From Actinomycetota bacterium (GTDB lineage Bacteria; Actinomycetota; JAICYB01): a DNA stretch of 62,773 bases. The stretch is from the NCBI GenBank assembly GCA_035540895.1, contig DATLFR010000075.1:1-62773 (forward strand). The letters run 5' to 3'. A program made the translations under genes and the position numbers. Shown piece by piece: positions 28,452-36,375 of this stretch (position 1 is the first letter of the stretch; each line of letters starts with the position of its first letter). Under the pieces are notes generated by a model, which worked only from the letters and a program-made list of their open reading frames with translations, was not told where the DNA came from and made no database searches.

Positions 28452-29516
28452 TCAGACGCCGACCTCGTCGTCGTGCGCGGCCGCTCGGGCGGCCTCCAGC
28501 TCCTGCTTGCGCAGGTGCCGCTCGAGGGCGTGGTCGAGCAGGAGGGCGACGACCTCGGTGAAGGGCCGCCCGGTCGCCTCCCACAGCATCGGGAACATGC
28601 TCGACGGGGTTATCCCCGGGAGCGTGTTGATCTCGTTCAGCAGGAGCCGCTCGGAGGCGGGGTCCCAGAAGAAGTCGACCCGCGCCATCCCGGCGCAGTC
28701 GATCGTCCGGAAGGCGCGCGCTGCGAGGTCGGCGATGCGGTCCGCCACAGGAGAGGGGATATCGGCCGGGATGCTGATCTGCGTCCAAGTGCCGCGGTAC
28801 TTGGCTCGGTAGTCGTAGAACTCCCCGTCCGGCACGACCTCGCCCACCACCGACGCCATCAGCTCGCTCCCCGACTCGATCAGTCCGATCTCTAGCTCGC
28901 GGGGTCCACCCGCCGCCTCGACGATCACGAGCGCGTCGTGGGTGAGCGCGCGTGCGACGGCGTCGTCGAGCTCGCCGGGTTGTGCCACCTTCGATATCCC
29001 GACGCTCGACCCCAAGCGCGAGGGTTTCACGAAGACCGGGAGCCCGAGCGCGGCGATCTGCCCGCGTACGCCATCCCGGTCCCTGCGCCACTGCGTGTCG
29101 CGGAACGCCACGTGGTCGACGACGGGGAGCCCGGCGGCGCGGAACATCACCTTCTGGGTCACCTTGTCCATACCGGCGGCCGAGCCCTGGACGCCCGCCC
29201 CCACGTAGGGGACGTCGGCCAGCTCGAACAGACCCTGCACGCACCCGTCCTCCCCGTACGGACCGTGCATCACCGGCCAGGCCACGTCGACCCCGTGGTC
29301 CCGGGTCGGGTCCGGCACGAGATCGAAAGGCTCCCCTCCCGGCGGCACGCGATCGATCTCGGCTGGGTCGCACCGGACCCAGGCCCCGTCGCGGGTGATC
29401 CCGACCGGTACGCCCTCGTGACCGAGCGACCGGACCGCGTCCAGGACGGCGCGGGCGGACACCACGGACACCTCGTGCTCGCCGGACCGGCCTCCGAACA
29501 GGACCAGGACCCGCAT
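28452..29516 (-). CDS. ddl: D-alanine--D-alanine ligase
   Basis: VLFGGRSGEHEVS, HGPYGEDGCVQGLFE, ATP-grasp blocks, and the C-terminal NEINTLPG motif. Confidence 0.9.
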   Translation of the reverse strand: MRVLVLFGGRSGEHEVSVVSARAVLDAVRSLGHEGVPVGITRDGAWVRCDPAEIDRVPPGGEPFDLVPDPTRDHGVDVAWPVMHGPYGEDGCVQGLFELADVPYVGAGVQGSAAGMDKVTQKVMFRAAGLPVVDHVAFRDTQWRRDRDGVRGQIAALGLPVFVKPSRLGSSVGISKVAQPGELDDAVARALTHDALVIVEAAGGPRELEIGLIESGSELMASVVGEVVPDGEFYDYRAKYRGTWTQISIPADIPSPVADRIADLAARAFRTIDCAGMARVDFFWDPASERLLLNEINTLPGITPSSMFPMLWEATGRPFTEVVALLLDHALERHLRKQELEAARAAAHDDEVGV

Positions 29517-29517
29517 C

Positions 29518-30555
29518 TCAAGCGGTCTCCGGGGGCAGGACGAGCCTCCCGCCCGGTCCGATCGCGTTGCCCGACGCCCTCACCGCGTCGACGACATCCG
29601 GCGCGAACCCCATCCTCCCGAGTGCCTCGATCGCGGCGGACGGTTCTTCGGCCCGCCGCCAGGGCCTGTCCGAGACGAGAGCCTCGTAAACGTCGCTCGC
29701 CCCGAGGATCTGGGTCTCCAGGGAGACCTCGTCCCCCTTGAGCCCGGCGGGGTAGCCCGAACCATCGGGTCGCTCGTGGTGCCCGGCGATCGCCGCCACC
29801 GGCAGACCCCAGGGGCCCAGGGGAGCCAGGATGTCCGACGAGATCCGCGGGTGGCGCATCATCGCGCGGCGGATCTCTAGCTCAAGCGGAGCCGAGGTAC
29901 CCAGCGGCAGGTCGAGGACGACCAGGCCGAGGTCCTGGAGCCGCCCGGCCAGCTCGAGCCACCCGACCTCTACGTCGGGCAGGCTCAGCTTCTTCGCCGC
30001 CTCCCGAACGATCGCGCCGGTCCGTCGCGAGTGACCGGGCGTGCGGCGTGCGCCCGTCTCGTGGGAGTCGATCAGGAGGCTGAACACGGACAGCATCCCC
30101 TCGGCGAGGCGGAGCGCGTCGGACCGCTGCCCGTCCCCCGCCGATCGAAGCGCCTCCACCACCCGCTCCACGACATCCGTGAGCTCGGCGATCTGCGACT
30201 CGGACGGTCCGGACGCCGGAGCCGGCTTGAGGAAGTGGTCGAGCACGCGCGCTACCTTCGCCAGCACGTCGTCCTCTGGGCTGGGGACCACGATCAGGTC
30301 GCCGAACCCTCCGCCCATCGCCGTGGCCAGGTCGACCGTCTGGCCCCGAGGGACGAGCAGGATCCGCTTGGCCGGACCGGCGGAACCGAGCGCGGCCGCG
30401 GCATCGCGGTCCGCGACCAGGAGCTCCGAGATCTCGAGCTCGGGTGACCGCGGGTCGGGGGTAGGGAGGATGACGACGGAGAGTCCGGCCGACCTGAGCA
30501 CCGACCCCAGCCACTCCGCCGCTTCGAGATCGTGGGAGACAACGACGACCCGCAC
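29518..30555 (-). CDS. HD-GYP domain protein with REC-like N-terminal domain
   Basis: HHERPDGSGYPAGL and upstream H..D-type metal motifs. The N-terminal ~120 aa is receiver-like (MRVVVVSHD...LLVADRD...ILLVP). Confidence 0.75.
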   Translation of the reverse strand: MRVVVVSHDLEAAEWLGSVLRSAGLSVVILPTPDPRSPELEISELLVADRDAAAALGSAGPAKRILLVPRGQTVDLATAMGGGFGDLIVVPSPEDDVLAKVARVLDHFLKPAPASGPSESQIAELTDVVERVVEALRSAGDGQRSDALRLAEGMLSVFSLLIDSHETGARRTPGHSRRTGAIVREAAKKLSLPDVEVGWLELAGRLQDLGLVVLDLPLGTSAPLELEIRRAMMRHPRISSDILAPLGPWGLPVAAIAGHHERPDGSGYPAGLKGDEVSLETQILGASDVYEALVSDRPWRRAEEPSAAIEALGRMGFAPDVVDAVRASGNAIGPGGRLVLPPETA

Positions 30556-30594
30556 CCCAACAGCATGGCGGCTCCCGCGCCGCCCCGCACGGCG

Positions 30595-31242
30595 CTAGGG
30601 AGCGACGAGTCCGAGCCGGATGGACTCGCGCACCGCCTCGGCGCGGTTCTTCACCTTCAGGCGTCGGTAGATGCGGCGGATGTGGGTGTGCACCGTCCTC
30701 TCGCTTATCCCGAGCCGTCCGGCGATCCGCCGGGCGGACCACCCGCGGCAGAGCAGGTCGATGATCTCGCGTTCACGGGGCGTGGCCGACGCCGCGCCGC
30801 GGGACGCGTCGACGATCGATCGGGCGCGACGCACGATCGTGCGCATGGCCTTGGCGGCCGCGTCGGGCGGGAGGTACGACCCGCCCGCGTGCAGCGCCTC
30901 GAGGGCCTCACGGATCTGATCCGCGCTCGATGACTTGGGGAGGTACCCGGCGGCCCCCGCGTCGACCGCGTCGTAGATGACCTCCTCGCCGTCGTGCACG
31001 GTGAGCACGAGCGCCCGCACCTCGGGCATCTCGTCGCGGAGCCTACGGATCGCGTCTATCCCGCTCATCCCGGGCATCTCGACGTCCATGAGGATCACGT
31101 CCGGATCAAGCTCCGGCGCCGCGGCCACCGCCTCCGCCCCCGTCGCGGCCTCGCCCACGATCACCGCCCACGGCACCTGCCCGACCATGAGCCGCATCCC
31201 CTCGCGGACGATCTCGTGGTCGTCGACGATCATCACCCGCAT
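30595..31242 (-). CDS. Response regulator, NarL/LuxR family
   Basis: REC (MIVDDHEIVREG, ILMDVEMPGMSG, LVLTVH) plus LuxR HTH (REREIIDLLCRGWSARRIAGRLGISERTVHTHIRRIY). ATG 31242 lies inside track ORF 30595..31953. Confidence 0.85.
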   Translation of the reverse strand: MRVMIVDDHEIVREGMRLMVGQVPWAVIVGEAATGAEAVAAAPELDPDVILMDVEMPGMSGIDAIRRLRDEMPEVRALVLTVHDGEEVIYDAVDAGAAGYLPKSSSADQIREALEALHAGGSYLPPDAAAKAMRTIVRRARSIVDASRGAASATPREREIIDLLCRGWSARRIAGRLGISERTVHTHIRRIYRRLKVKNRAEAVRESIRLGLVAP

Positions 31243-31841
31243 CGGGGGTCCCCGTCGGGCGCGAACCGCAGAACCACCTCCACGTTCCCGGGCGAACCCT
31301 CCACGTGCAGCGATCCTCCGTCGTGCCGAACGATCGTCTCGGCGAGGGCGAGCTTCCACGCGCGCCCGCCTCCGTACGCGTCGGATCCGGGTGCACGGAC
31401 GGTGACCTCCTCTCCGTCCACCCACGCCGCGCACCCGTCCGAGGCGAGCGCGAGCACGACCGCCTCGACGGCCAGCCTGATCCGTCCCTCGACACCCGCG
31501 ACCGTCTGCGAGCGGTGGACGTGCACGGGAACACCGGCCAGCTCGCCGGCCGCCTCGGCTATCGCCGCGAGATCGACCTCGCGCTCTAGGCCGTCCGGGA
31601 GCCGGGCGAGCGCCAGCAGGGCGCCCATCAGCCAGTCCAGGCGGTGGGCATGCCTGACGACCACGTGGGCGAGCCCGGTCCTCGTCGAAGCGGGCAGATC
31701 GTCCCCGCGGTCGGCGAGGGTCTGAGCGCATCCCTGCATGGAAGCGAGCGGGTTCCGGAGCTCGTGCGCGAGCTCGCGCACCAACGCCGCGAGAGCATCT
31801 CGCACCGCGGGATCGAGGGGGGCCGCCGCATCCGTCGTCAC
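31233..31841 (-). CDS. Short soluble histidine-kinase-like protein (HisKA box present, catalytic ATP-binding boxes degenerate)
   Basis: H-box LAHELRNPLASMQG. There is no TM or sensor domain. In the C-terminal ~100 aa I cannot find clear N, G1 or G2 boxes. 10-nt overlap with the response regulator gene. Confidence 0.6.
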   Translation of the reverse strand: MTTDAAAPLDPAVRDALAALVRELAHELRNPLASMQGCAQTLADRGDDLPASTRTGLAHVVVRHAHRLDWLMGALLALARLPDGLEREVDLAAIAEAAGELAGVPVHVHRSQTVAGVEGRIRLAVEAVVLALASDGCAAWVDGEEVTVRAPGSDAYGGGRAWKLALAETIVRHDGGSLHVEGSPGNVEVVLRFAPDGDPRCG

Positions 31842-31953
31842 CTCGCCACCGTAGGTCCGCAGGGTGGCCGCGTTCGATGGTCCCCGCGGGTGGTCCGGGT
31901 AGTCCGGTCGGCGGGGGTCCTCGGAGCACCGCCCGGGCGCCTATCCTTCCCAC

Positions 31954-32556
31954 ATGTCCGACCCCGTGGCCGTGGTCCCCGTCCGGACGGTCGCGCCCAA
32001 GCAGCGGCTGGCGTCCGTCCTATCCGCGGCCGATCGCGGACGGCTCACCGTCGTGCTCGCATCGCACGTCGTGGGGTGCCTCCTCGAGGCCGGACTCGAG
32101 ACGCTGGTGCTGTGCCTCGGCGAGCTGGACATCGGTCACAGGATCGAGGTCGTGCGCGACGAGGGACCCACCATCAACGGCGCGCTGGACCGGTTGATCG
32201 CGAGCCTGGGCCGGCCCGTCCTCGTCGTGGCGGCCGACCTCCCCTACGCGACGGCCCGGTCGGTGGAGGAGGTCTTGGCCGAGCAAGGCGACGTCGTCGT
32301 CGCCCGGACCGCCGACGGCGGCACGGGAGCCCTGCTCATGCGGAGGCCGGTCCGGACCGCGTTCGGACCCCGCTCCGCCCTCGCCCACGCGTGGCTGGCG
32401 CACCAGGAGCGCCTACGCACCCGCGTCGTCGAGGTGGACGGGCTCGACCGCGACCTCGACGATCGCGCGGCCCTCACGAGCGCCATCGCTCGAGCGCCCG
32501 CCCTACGGGGATGGTCGCTCGACGGGGGCGCGCGGCCGCCTTCGCCCCTTGCGTGA
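31954..32556 (+). CDS. cofC: 2-phospho-L-lactate guanylyltransferase-like (F420 biosynthesis CofC/FbiD family)
   Basis: N-terminal VVPVR..KQRL, ADLPY, and DGGTGAL (compare DGGTNAL in CofC). The assignment is by motif memory only. Confidence 0.55.
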   Translation: MSDPVAVVPVRTVAPKQRLASVLSAADRGRLTVVLASHVVGCLLEAGLETLVLCLGELDIGHRIEVVRDEGPTINGALDRLIASLGRPVLVVAADLPYATARSVEEVLAEQGDVVVARTADGGTGALLMRRPVRTAFGPRSALAHAWLAHQERLRTRVVEVDGLDRDLDDRAALTSAIARAPALRGWSLDGGARPPSPLA

Positions 32557-32621
32557 CCCCGCGCCGGACATGAGAGCGCCGGGCCCCTCCAGGGGGCCCG
32601 GCGCGGCGATCCGGGTCCGTG

Positions 32622-32972
32622 CTAGCGCTTCGCCTTCGCCTTGGCCTTCGGCTTCGCCGCCTTCTTCGGGGCCGCCTTGCCGCCGGCGCTCTTCTTGGTG
32701 CCGCTGACCGTGTCCTTGAAGCCCTGACCCGCCTTGAACGCCGGGACCTTCGAGGCCTTCACCTTGATCGTCTCGCCCGTCTGAGGGTTGCGCGCCGTCC
32801 GGGCCGCGCGGTTGCGGCGCTCGAACGTGCCGAAGCCGGGGATGGAGACCCTGTCCCCGCGGGCGACCGCGCCCTGGATCGCGTTGAGCAGCGACTCGAC
32901 CGCGGAGGTCGCGTCGCGTCGGCTCAGGTTCGCGTCCATCGAGACGCGGGAGATGAGATCGCTCTTGTTCAA
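32622..32972 (-). CDS. hup: HU-family DNA-binding protein with short Lys/Ala-rich C-terminal tail
   Basis: MNKSDLI..., RVSIPGFGTFERR, RNPQTGETIKV. Tail KKSAGGKAAPKKAAKPKAKAKAKR. TTG start after GGAGG. Confidence 0.9.
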   Translation of the reverse strand: MNKSDLISRVSMDANLSRRDATSAVESLLNAIQGAVARGDRVSIPGFGTFERRNRAARTARNPQTGETIKVKASKVPAFKAGQGFKDTVSGTKKSAGGKAAPKKAAKPKAKAKAKR

Positions 32973-33091
32973 GATCCCTCCTTGCGTTGGGCTGTGCCGT
33001 CGACGGCAAACGATAACCGCATGGGAGCCGCCGATGCGAGCCTCTCACGCCTCGGTCGCGACGGGATGCGGTACCCTTTACCGCGAACGGC

Positions 33092-33167
33092 GGCCCCGTC
33101 GTCTAGCGGCCTAGGACACTGCCCTCTCAAGGCAGCGGCGGGGGTTCGAATCCCCTCGGGGCCTCCA
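33092..33167 (+). tRNA. tRNA-Glu (anticodon CTC), CCA encoded
   Basis: Hand-folded cloverleaf. Acceptor GGCCCCG/CGGGGCC, anticodon stem CTGCC/GGCAG with loop CTCTCAA, T-loop GGTTCGAATCC, 3' TCCA. Confidence 0.9.
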
Positions 33168-33174
33168 GGTGCGA

Positions 33175-33870
33175 CTACGTGAGGTCGGAGTCCTCCTCCT
33201 CGCGTAGCCGCCCGTAGCGCTCGATGAGCCTATGGGCGGACTCGATCAGGTCCTCCACCCTCTGACCCGACGGTTGCCACCGGCACCACAACTCGAGGTT
33301 CTCGAGGCGGTTGTCCGTCCGGATGCCGTTGCGATGATGGACCGACTCACGAGCGGTCAGTGGACGACCGAGCGCGGCCGCCATGACGAGGCGATGCTCG
33401 GGGTAGGGGGTCCGACCGTTCGTGAGATGCCGCAGCTCCGGCGGGACCGGCACCTCCCGGTACCCGTGATGGATGTGCCCGGTGCCTCCAACCGCCCTGA
33501 TGGGCTTGTGGGCCATGACGTCGCCGTACCGCAAGAGACGCGAGTGGTGCGTCTTGCAGAGGCCGCGACCGTGGGTGGGACGTCCGCACGTCGCGACCGA
33601 GCAGATGCGTTCGCGGCCATGGGTCCTCAATGGCTCGTCGTGGCCGCGCTGGCTGCCGCGGATGAGCCGTTGGTGATGCCCGTGACACAGGCCGCGCGCG
33701 TCAACCTTCTTCGAACACCCGTGGACGAGGCAGGCCCCCCGACCCCGCCGGTTCCGGAGCACCCTCTCCGCCTCCCCGTGCCGCAGCCATCTCTTGTAGT
33801 GCATCTGGCACAGGTCGCGGGAGTACACGGCCCGGTCGCACGCCGGGATGGAACAGAACATGCGTTCCAT
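33175..33870 (-). CDS. HNH endonuclease with three N-terminal CCCH zinc-finger-like repeats
   Basis: C-terminal HHRNGIRTDNRLENLELW (H-N-H). Three repeats of C-x4-C-x7-(D/G)LC-x2-H-x2-(W/L)(L/I)R-x-G. I prefer start ATG 33870 because it removes the overlap with the upstream gene. The stop lies 7 nt from the tRNA-Glu 3' end. Confidence 0.75.
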   Translation of the reverse strand: MERMFCSIPACDRAVYSRDLCQMHYKRWLRHGEAERVLRNRRGRGACLVHGCSKKVDARGLCHGHHQRLIRGSQRGHDEPLRTHGRERICSVATCGRPTHGRGLCKTHHSRLLRYGDVMAHKPIRAVGGTGHIHHGYREVPVPPELRHLTNGRTPYPEHRLVMAAALGRPLTARESVHHRNGIRTDNRLENLELWCRWQPSGQRVEDLIESAHRLIERYGRLREEEDSDLT

Positions 33871-33893
33871 GGTAACGCTTCGGGCTGACAGGC

Positions 33894-35306
33894 TCAGTGC
33901 GCGGTCCAGCTCCCGGCCGTCTCCCGGTACGCCACCCACGCCTCACCGGCCGGCACCTGTGCGTTCTGCCATCCGGTCCGAGGCACCGAGAACGCCGTCC
34001 CGGCCGCCGCGCAGGCCTCCGCGCCCTGATCCCAGGACCCCGCCGGACCGGTGACGGACCAATGCGTCCCGTCGAAGCACACGTACGGACGCGGCTCCTC
34101 GCATCCGTCGCTGCGGAACCGCCCGTCTCCCCCGCGGTAGGCACAACCGCTCGCGGCAGGGTCCCCGGGAGCCCACGACCAGACGACCGCGTCCAGCCTC
34201 GGGTCGTCGGGGGTGAGGTGGTCGAAGCCGAGGAGGTTCACGCCGCACGCGACCATGCGAGCGGTCTCGGCAGGCGGCGTCTCGCCGACGTCACCGGTCA
34301 TCGCCTGCAGCCAGGTGCCACCGTCGTAGTACCGGATGAAGCTCGACGCGTAGTCGCGGCGGGCACGGTCGGCCTCGCAGTCGAAACCGTCTCCCGGCCC
34401 GCTGTTCCCCTCGAGCCAGGTCGGCCCGCGCAGGTGCACGAAGGAGCCCCACTCCCCGGCCACGGCCGGGTCGCAGTTGCCGACCATCACGACGCGGTGC
34501 CCGGCCGCGACGATCTCCGCGCGCGACATGTCCATCGGGAGCGGAGCGCACCGCTGCGCGGGCGGGCGCACCAGCCCTCCGAGCTCGTGCGTGATGGCGG
34601 CCGCCGCCGCGGCGTGCGCAGCGGGGCTCCCATCGAGGTGGTTCTCCATGTAGAGGAGCAGGAACTCGTGGGGGTTCGCGTCGAGCCACGCGCGGATCTC
34701 GGCGAGCCCGTGGCGCAGGTGACGCTCGGCGGTGCAGCCGGGGTGCTGTCCCGACTCCGAGCGCCCGTGACACAGGATCGGTGCGCGTCCGCCCTGCGCC
34801 GGGTCCCCCTCCACGCTGGGAGCCCAGTGGACGTCCAGCTCGAGGCTGCGCATGTCCAGGCGGAGCTGGTCCGTCATCGAGAGCACGTGGTTCGCGTCGT
34901 ACCCGGAGAGCGTCGGCGGGTACGCGAAGGAGTTGTACGAGTTGTGGGTGGCGGGGATGAGCGCATGCCGGAGCGGGATCTCGTCGTCCAGCGCCCGCTG
35001 CAGGGTCAGGGCCCGGTGCGTCCACGAAGCCTCGTACGCCTCGACCGCGGCTGGGGAGACGTCCCGGCCGTCGCCCGCCCGGCACGTGTCCTGGGGGGCC
35101 CCGCCGTAACGGCAGAGGGCGGCCGAGATCCAGACGAGGGACTGAGCGCTGCGGCACAGACGTGGGGCGTGCGCTCCCGCGTGGGAGACGCAGGAGTCGA
35201 CGGCGTCCTGTCCCGTGACCTGGGCGCGGGCCGGGCCGGCGGCGAGGGAGACCGCCACCAGCGCGCAGACGACCGCGACCGCTCGCAACCTGACCATGTG
35301 CATCAC
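33894..35306 (-). CDS. Secreted PLC-like phosphodiesterase (PI-PLC X-type TIM barrel) with Cys-rich lectin-like C-terminal domain
   Basis: Signal peptide MVRLRAVAVVCALVAVSLAAGPARA. IPATHNSYNS and LELDVHW motifs. C-terminal ~110 aa with paired Cys/Trp (CAYRGGDG..C..PRPYVC...WDQGAEAC). Confidence 0.65.
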   Translation of the reverse strand: MMHMVRLRAVAVVCALVAVSLAAGPARAQVTGQDAVDSCVSHAGAHAPRLCRSAQSLVWISAALCRYGGAPQDTCRAGDGRDVSPAAVEAYEASWTHRALTLQRALDDEIPLRHALIPATHNSYNSFAYPPTLSGYDANHVLSMTDQLRLDMRSLELDVHWAPSVEGDPAQGGRAPILCHGRSESGQHPGCTAERHLRHGLAEIRAWLDANPHEFLLLYMENHLDGSPAAHAAAAAAITHELGGLVRPPAQRCAPLPMDMSRAEIVAAGHRVVMVGNCDPAVAGEWGSFVHLRGPTWLEGNSGPGDGFDCEADRARRDYASSFIRYYDGGTWLQAMTGDVGETPPAETARMVACGVNLLGFDHLTPDDPRLDAVVWSWAPGDPAASGCAYRGGDGRFRSDGCEEPRPYVCFDGTHWSVTGPAGSWDQGAEACAAAGTAFSVPRTGWQNAQVPAGEAWVAYRETAGSWTAH

Positions 35307-35404
35307 CTCGCCGACGGGAGGCTCCTCCCTGCCGTGTCGTCGCCCCGCGCTACCATCCCGCCACTTCCCGCATCGGCCTTCCCCATGGATGAGAGGGGGA
35401 GGCC

Positions 35405-35806
35405 ATGCGCCTCGACGAACTCCGTATCCAGGGTTTCTCCGACGCCTGCTCGGCCCTGTTCTCGATCCACCGCCGGTTCGACCGCGCCCACGCCGCCGCG
35501 TCCCTGGCTGCCGACGGGCGCGTGCTCGACCTGACGGTCTTCACGCTGGAGCACCACACGATCGACGACGCGCTGGACTGGGCGAACGGCGTCACCAACA
35601 GCGACCCGGACGTCGCCCGCCTCGTCCTCATGTCGTTGCGGCCGGAGGGCGTGTCGGACATCCGCGAGCAGGACATCGAACTGCTCAGGACCGCCAGGCA
35701 CGTCTTCGGTCGCAGTGACGTGGAGGTGGTCGACTGGCTGCTCTACGACGGAGAGCTCGTGCGCTCCGTGGCCATCACCGCCGGGTACAGCTCGTGGGAC
35801 CAGTGA
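35405..35806 (+). CDS. Hypothetical protein, degenerate RadC/JAB-like C-terminal pattern
   Basis: LVLMSLRPEGVSDIREQDIELLRTARHVFGRSDVEVVDWLLYDG parallels the RadC block (HNHPSG..PS..D..lT..l....I.vlDHiI) but lacks the His residues. Pattern recognition only. Confidence 0.45.
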   Translation: MRLDELRIQGFSDACSALFSIHRRFDRAHAAASLAADGRVLDLTVFTLEHHTIDDALDWANGVTNSDPDVARLVLMSLRPEGVSDIREQDIELLRTARHVFGRSDVEVVDWLLYDGELVRSVAITAGYSSWDQ

Positions 35807-35809
35807 AGC

Positions 35810-36199
35810 TCACTCGAGGTCGCTCGGGTCCTCCGGTACGTCGATCGCATGCTGCTTCAGGACGTCGAGACCGACGAGCTGAAGCACCCGCTCGTTGGTC
35901 GACGCGAGCACGACGGGCGCCGCCACCCCGTCGTGGTGCGCGCGCAGCCAGTTCCGCGCCGTCACGCACCACCGGTCGCCGGGAACGAGCCCCGGGAAGC
36001 GGTACTGAGGCATGGGCGTACTGAGGTCGTTGCCGATGCGGCGTTGGTGCTCGAGGAACTCGGCCGTCATCACCGCGCAGATCGTGTGACTGCCGATGTC
36101 GTCGGGACCGGTGTTGCAGCTCCCGTCCCGGAAGTAGCCGGTGAGAGGGTCGGTGCTGCACGTCTCGAGGGTTGTCCCTAGGACGTTGCGCTCGGACAT
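35810..36199 (-). CDS. DUF2237 family protein
   Basis: NVLGTTLETCSTDPLTGYFRDGSCNTGPDDIGSHTICAVMTAEFLEHQ matches my memory of the DUF2237 signature. ATG 36199 lies inside the track ORF. Confidence 0.7.
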   Translation of the reverse strand: MSERNVLGTTLETCSTDPLTGYFRDGSCNTGPDDIGSHTICAVMTAEFLEHQRRIGNDLSTPMPQYRFPGLVPGDRWCVTARNWLRAHHDGVAAPVVLASTNERVLQLVGLDVLKQHAIDVPEDPSDLE

Positions 36200-36245
36200 C
36201 CGGTCACCATCCCCTCGCACGGCGGCCGTATGGATCCTGCCGAGA

Positions 36246-36320
36246 TGGCTGGGCCGCGAGGACTCGAACCTCGACTACCAGGGCCAGAACCTGGCGTGCT
36301 GCCGATTGCACTACGGCCCA
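36246..36320 (-). tRNA. tRNA-Gln (anticodon CTG), CCA encoded
   Basis: The reverse complement folds as a cloverleaf. Acceptor TGGGCCG/CGGCCCA, anticodon stem CCAGG/CCTGG with loop TTCTGGC, T-loop GGTTCGAGTCC, 3' GCCA. Confidence 0.9.
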
Positions 36321-36375
36321 TCGGTCGCAAGACCGCGACCAATGTATCGGATGCCGCCGGGTGGGGCACCGAGGC

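Noticed and set aside
33894-34230. Diversity-generating retroelement target (lectin-like C-terminus as a variable region)
   Set aside because: The window has no reverse transcriptase gene. I could not find a template-repeat copy of the 3' end nearby, and there is no adenine-specific mismatch pattern to evaluate.
33092-36320. Intact prophage or integrative element at the tRNA genes
   Set aside because: There are no integrase, excisionase, capsid or terminase genes, and I found no tRNA-derived direct repeats by eye. I kept it only as a low-confidence remnant hypothesis in the findings.
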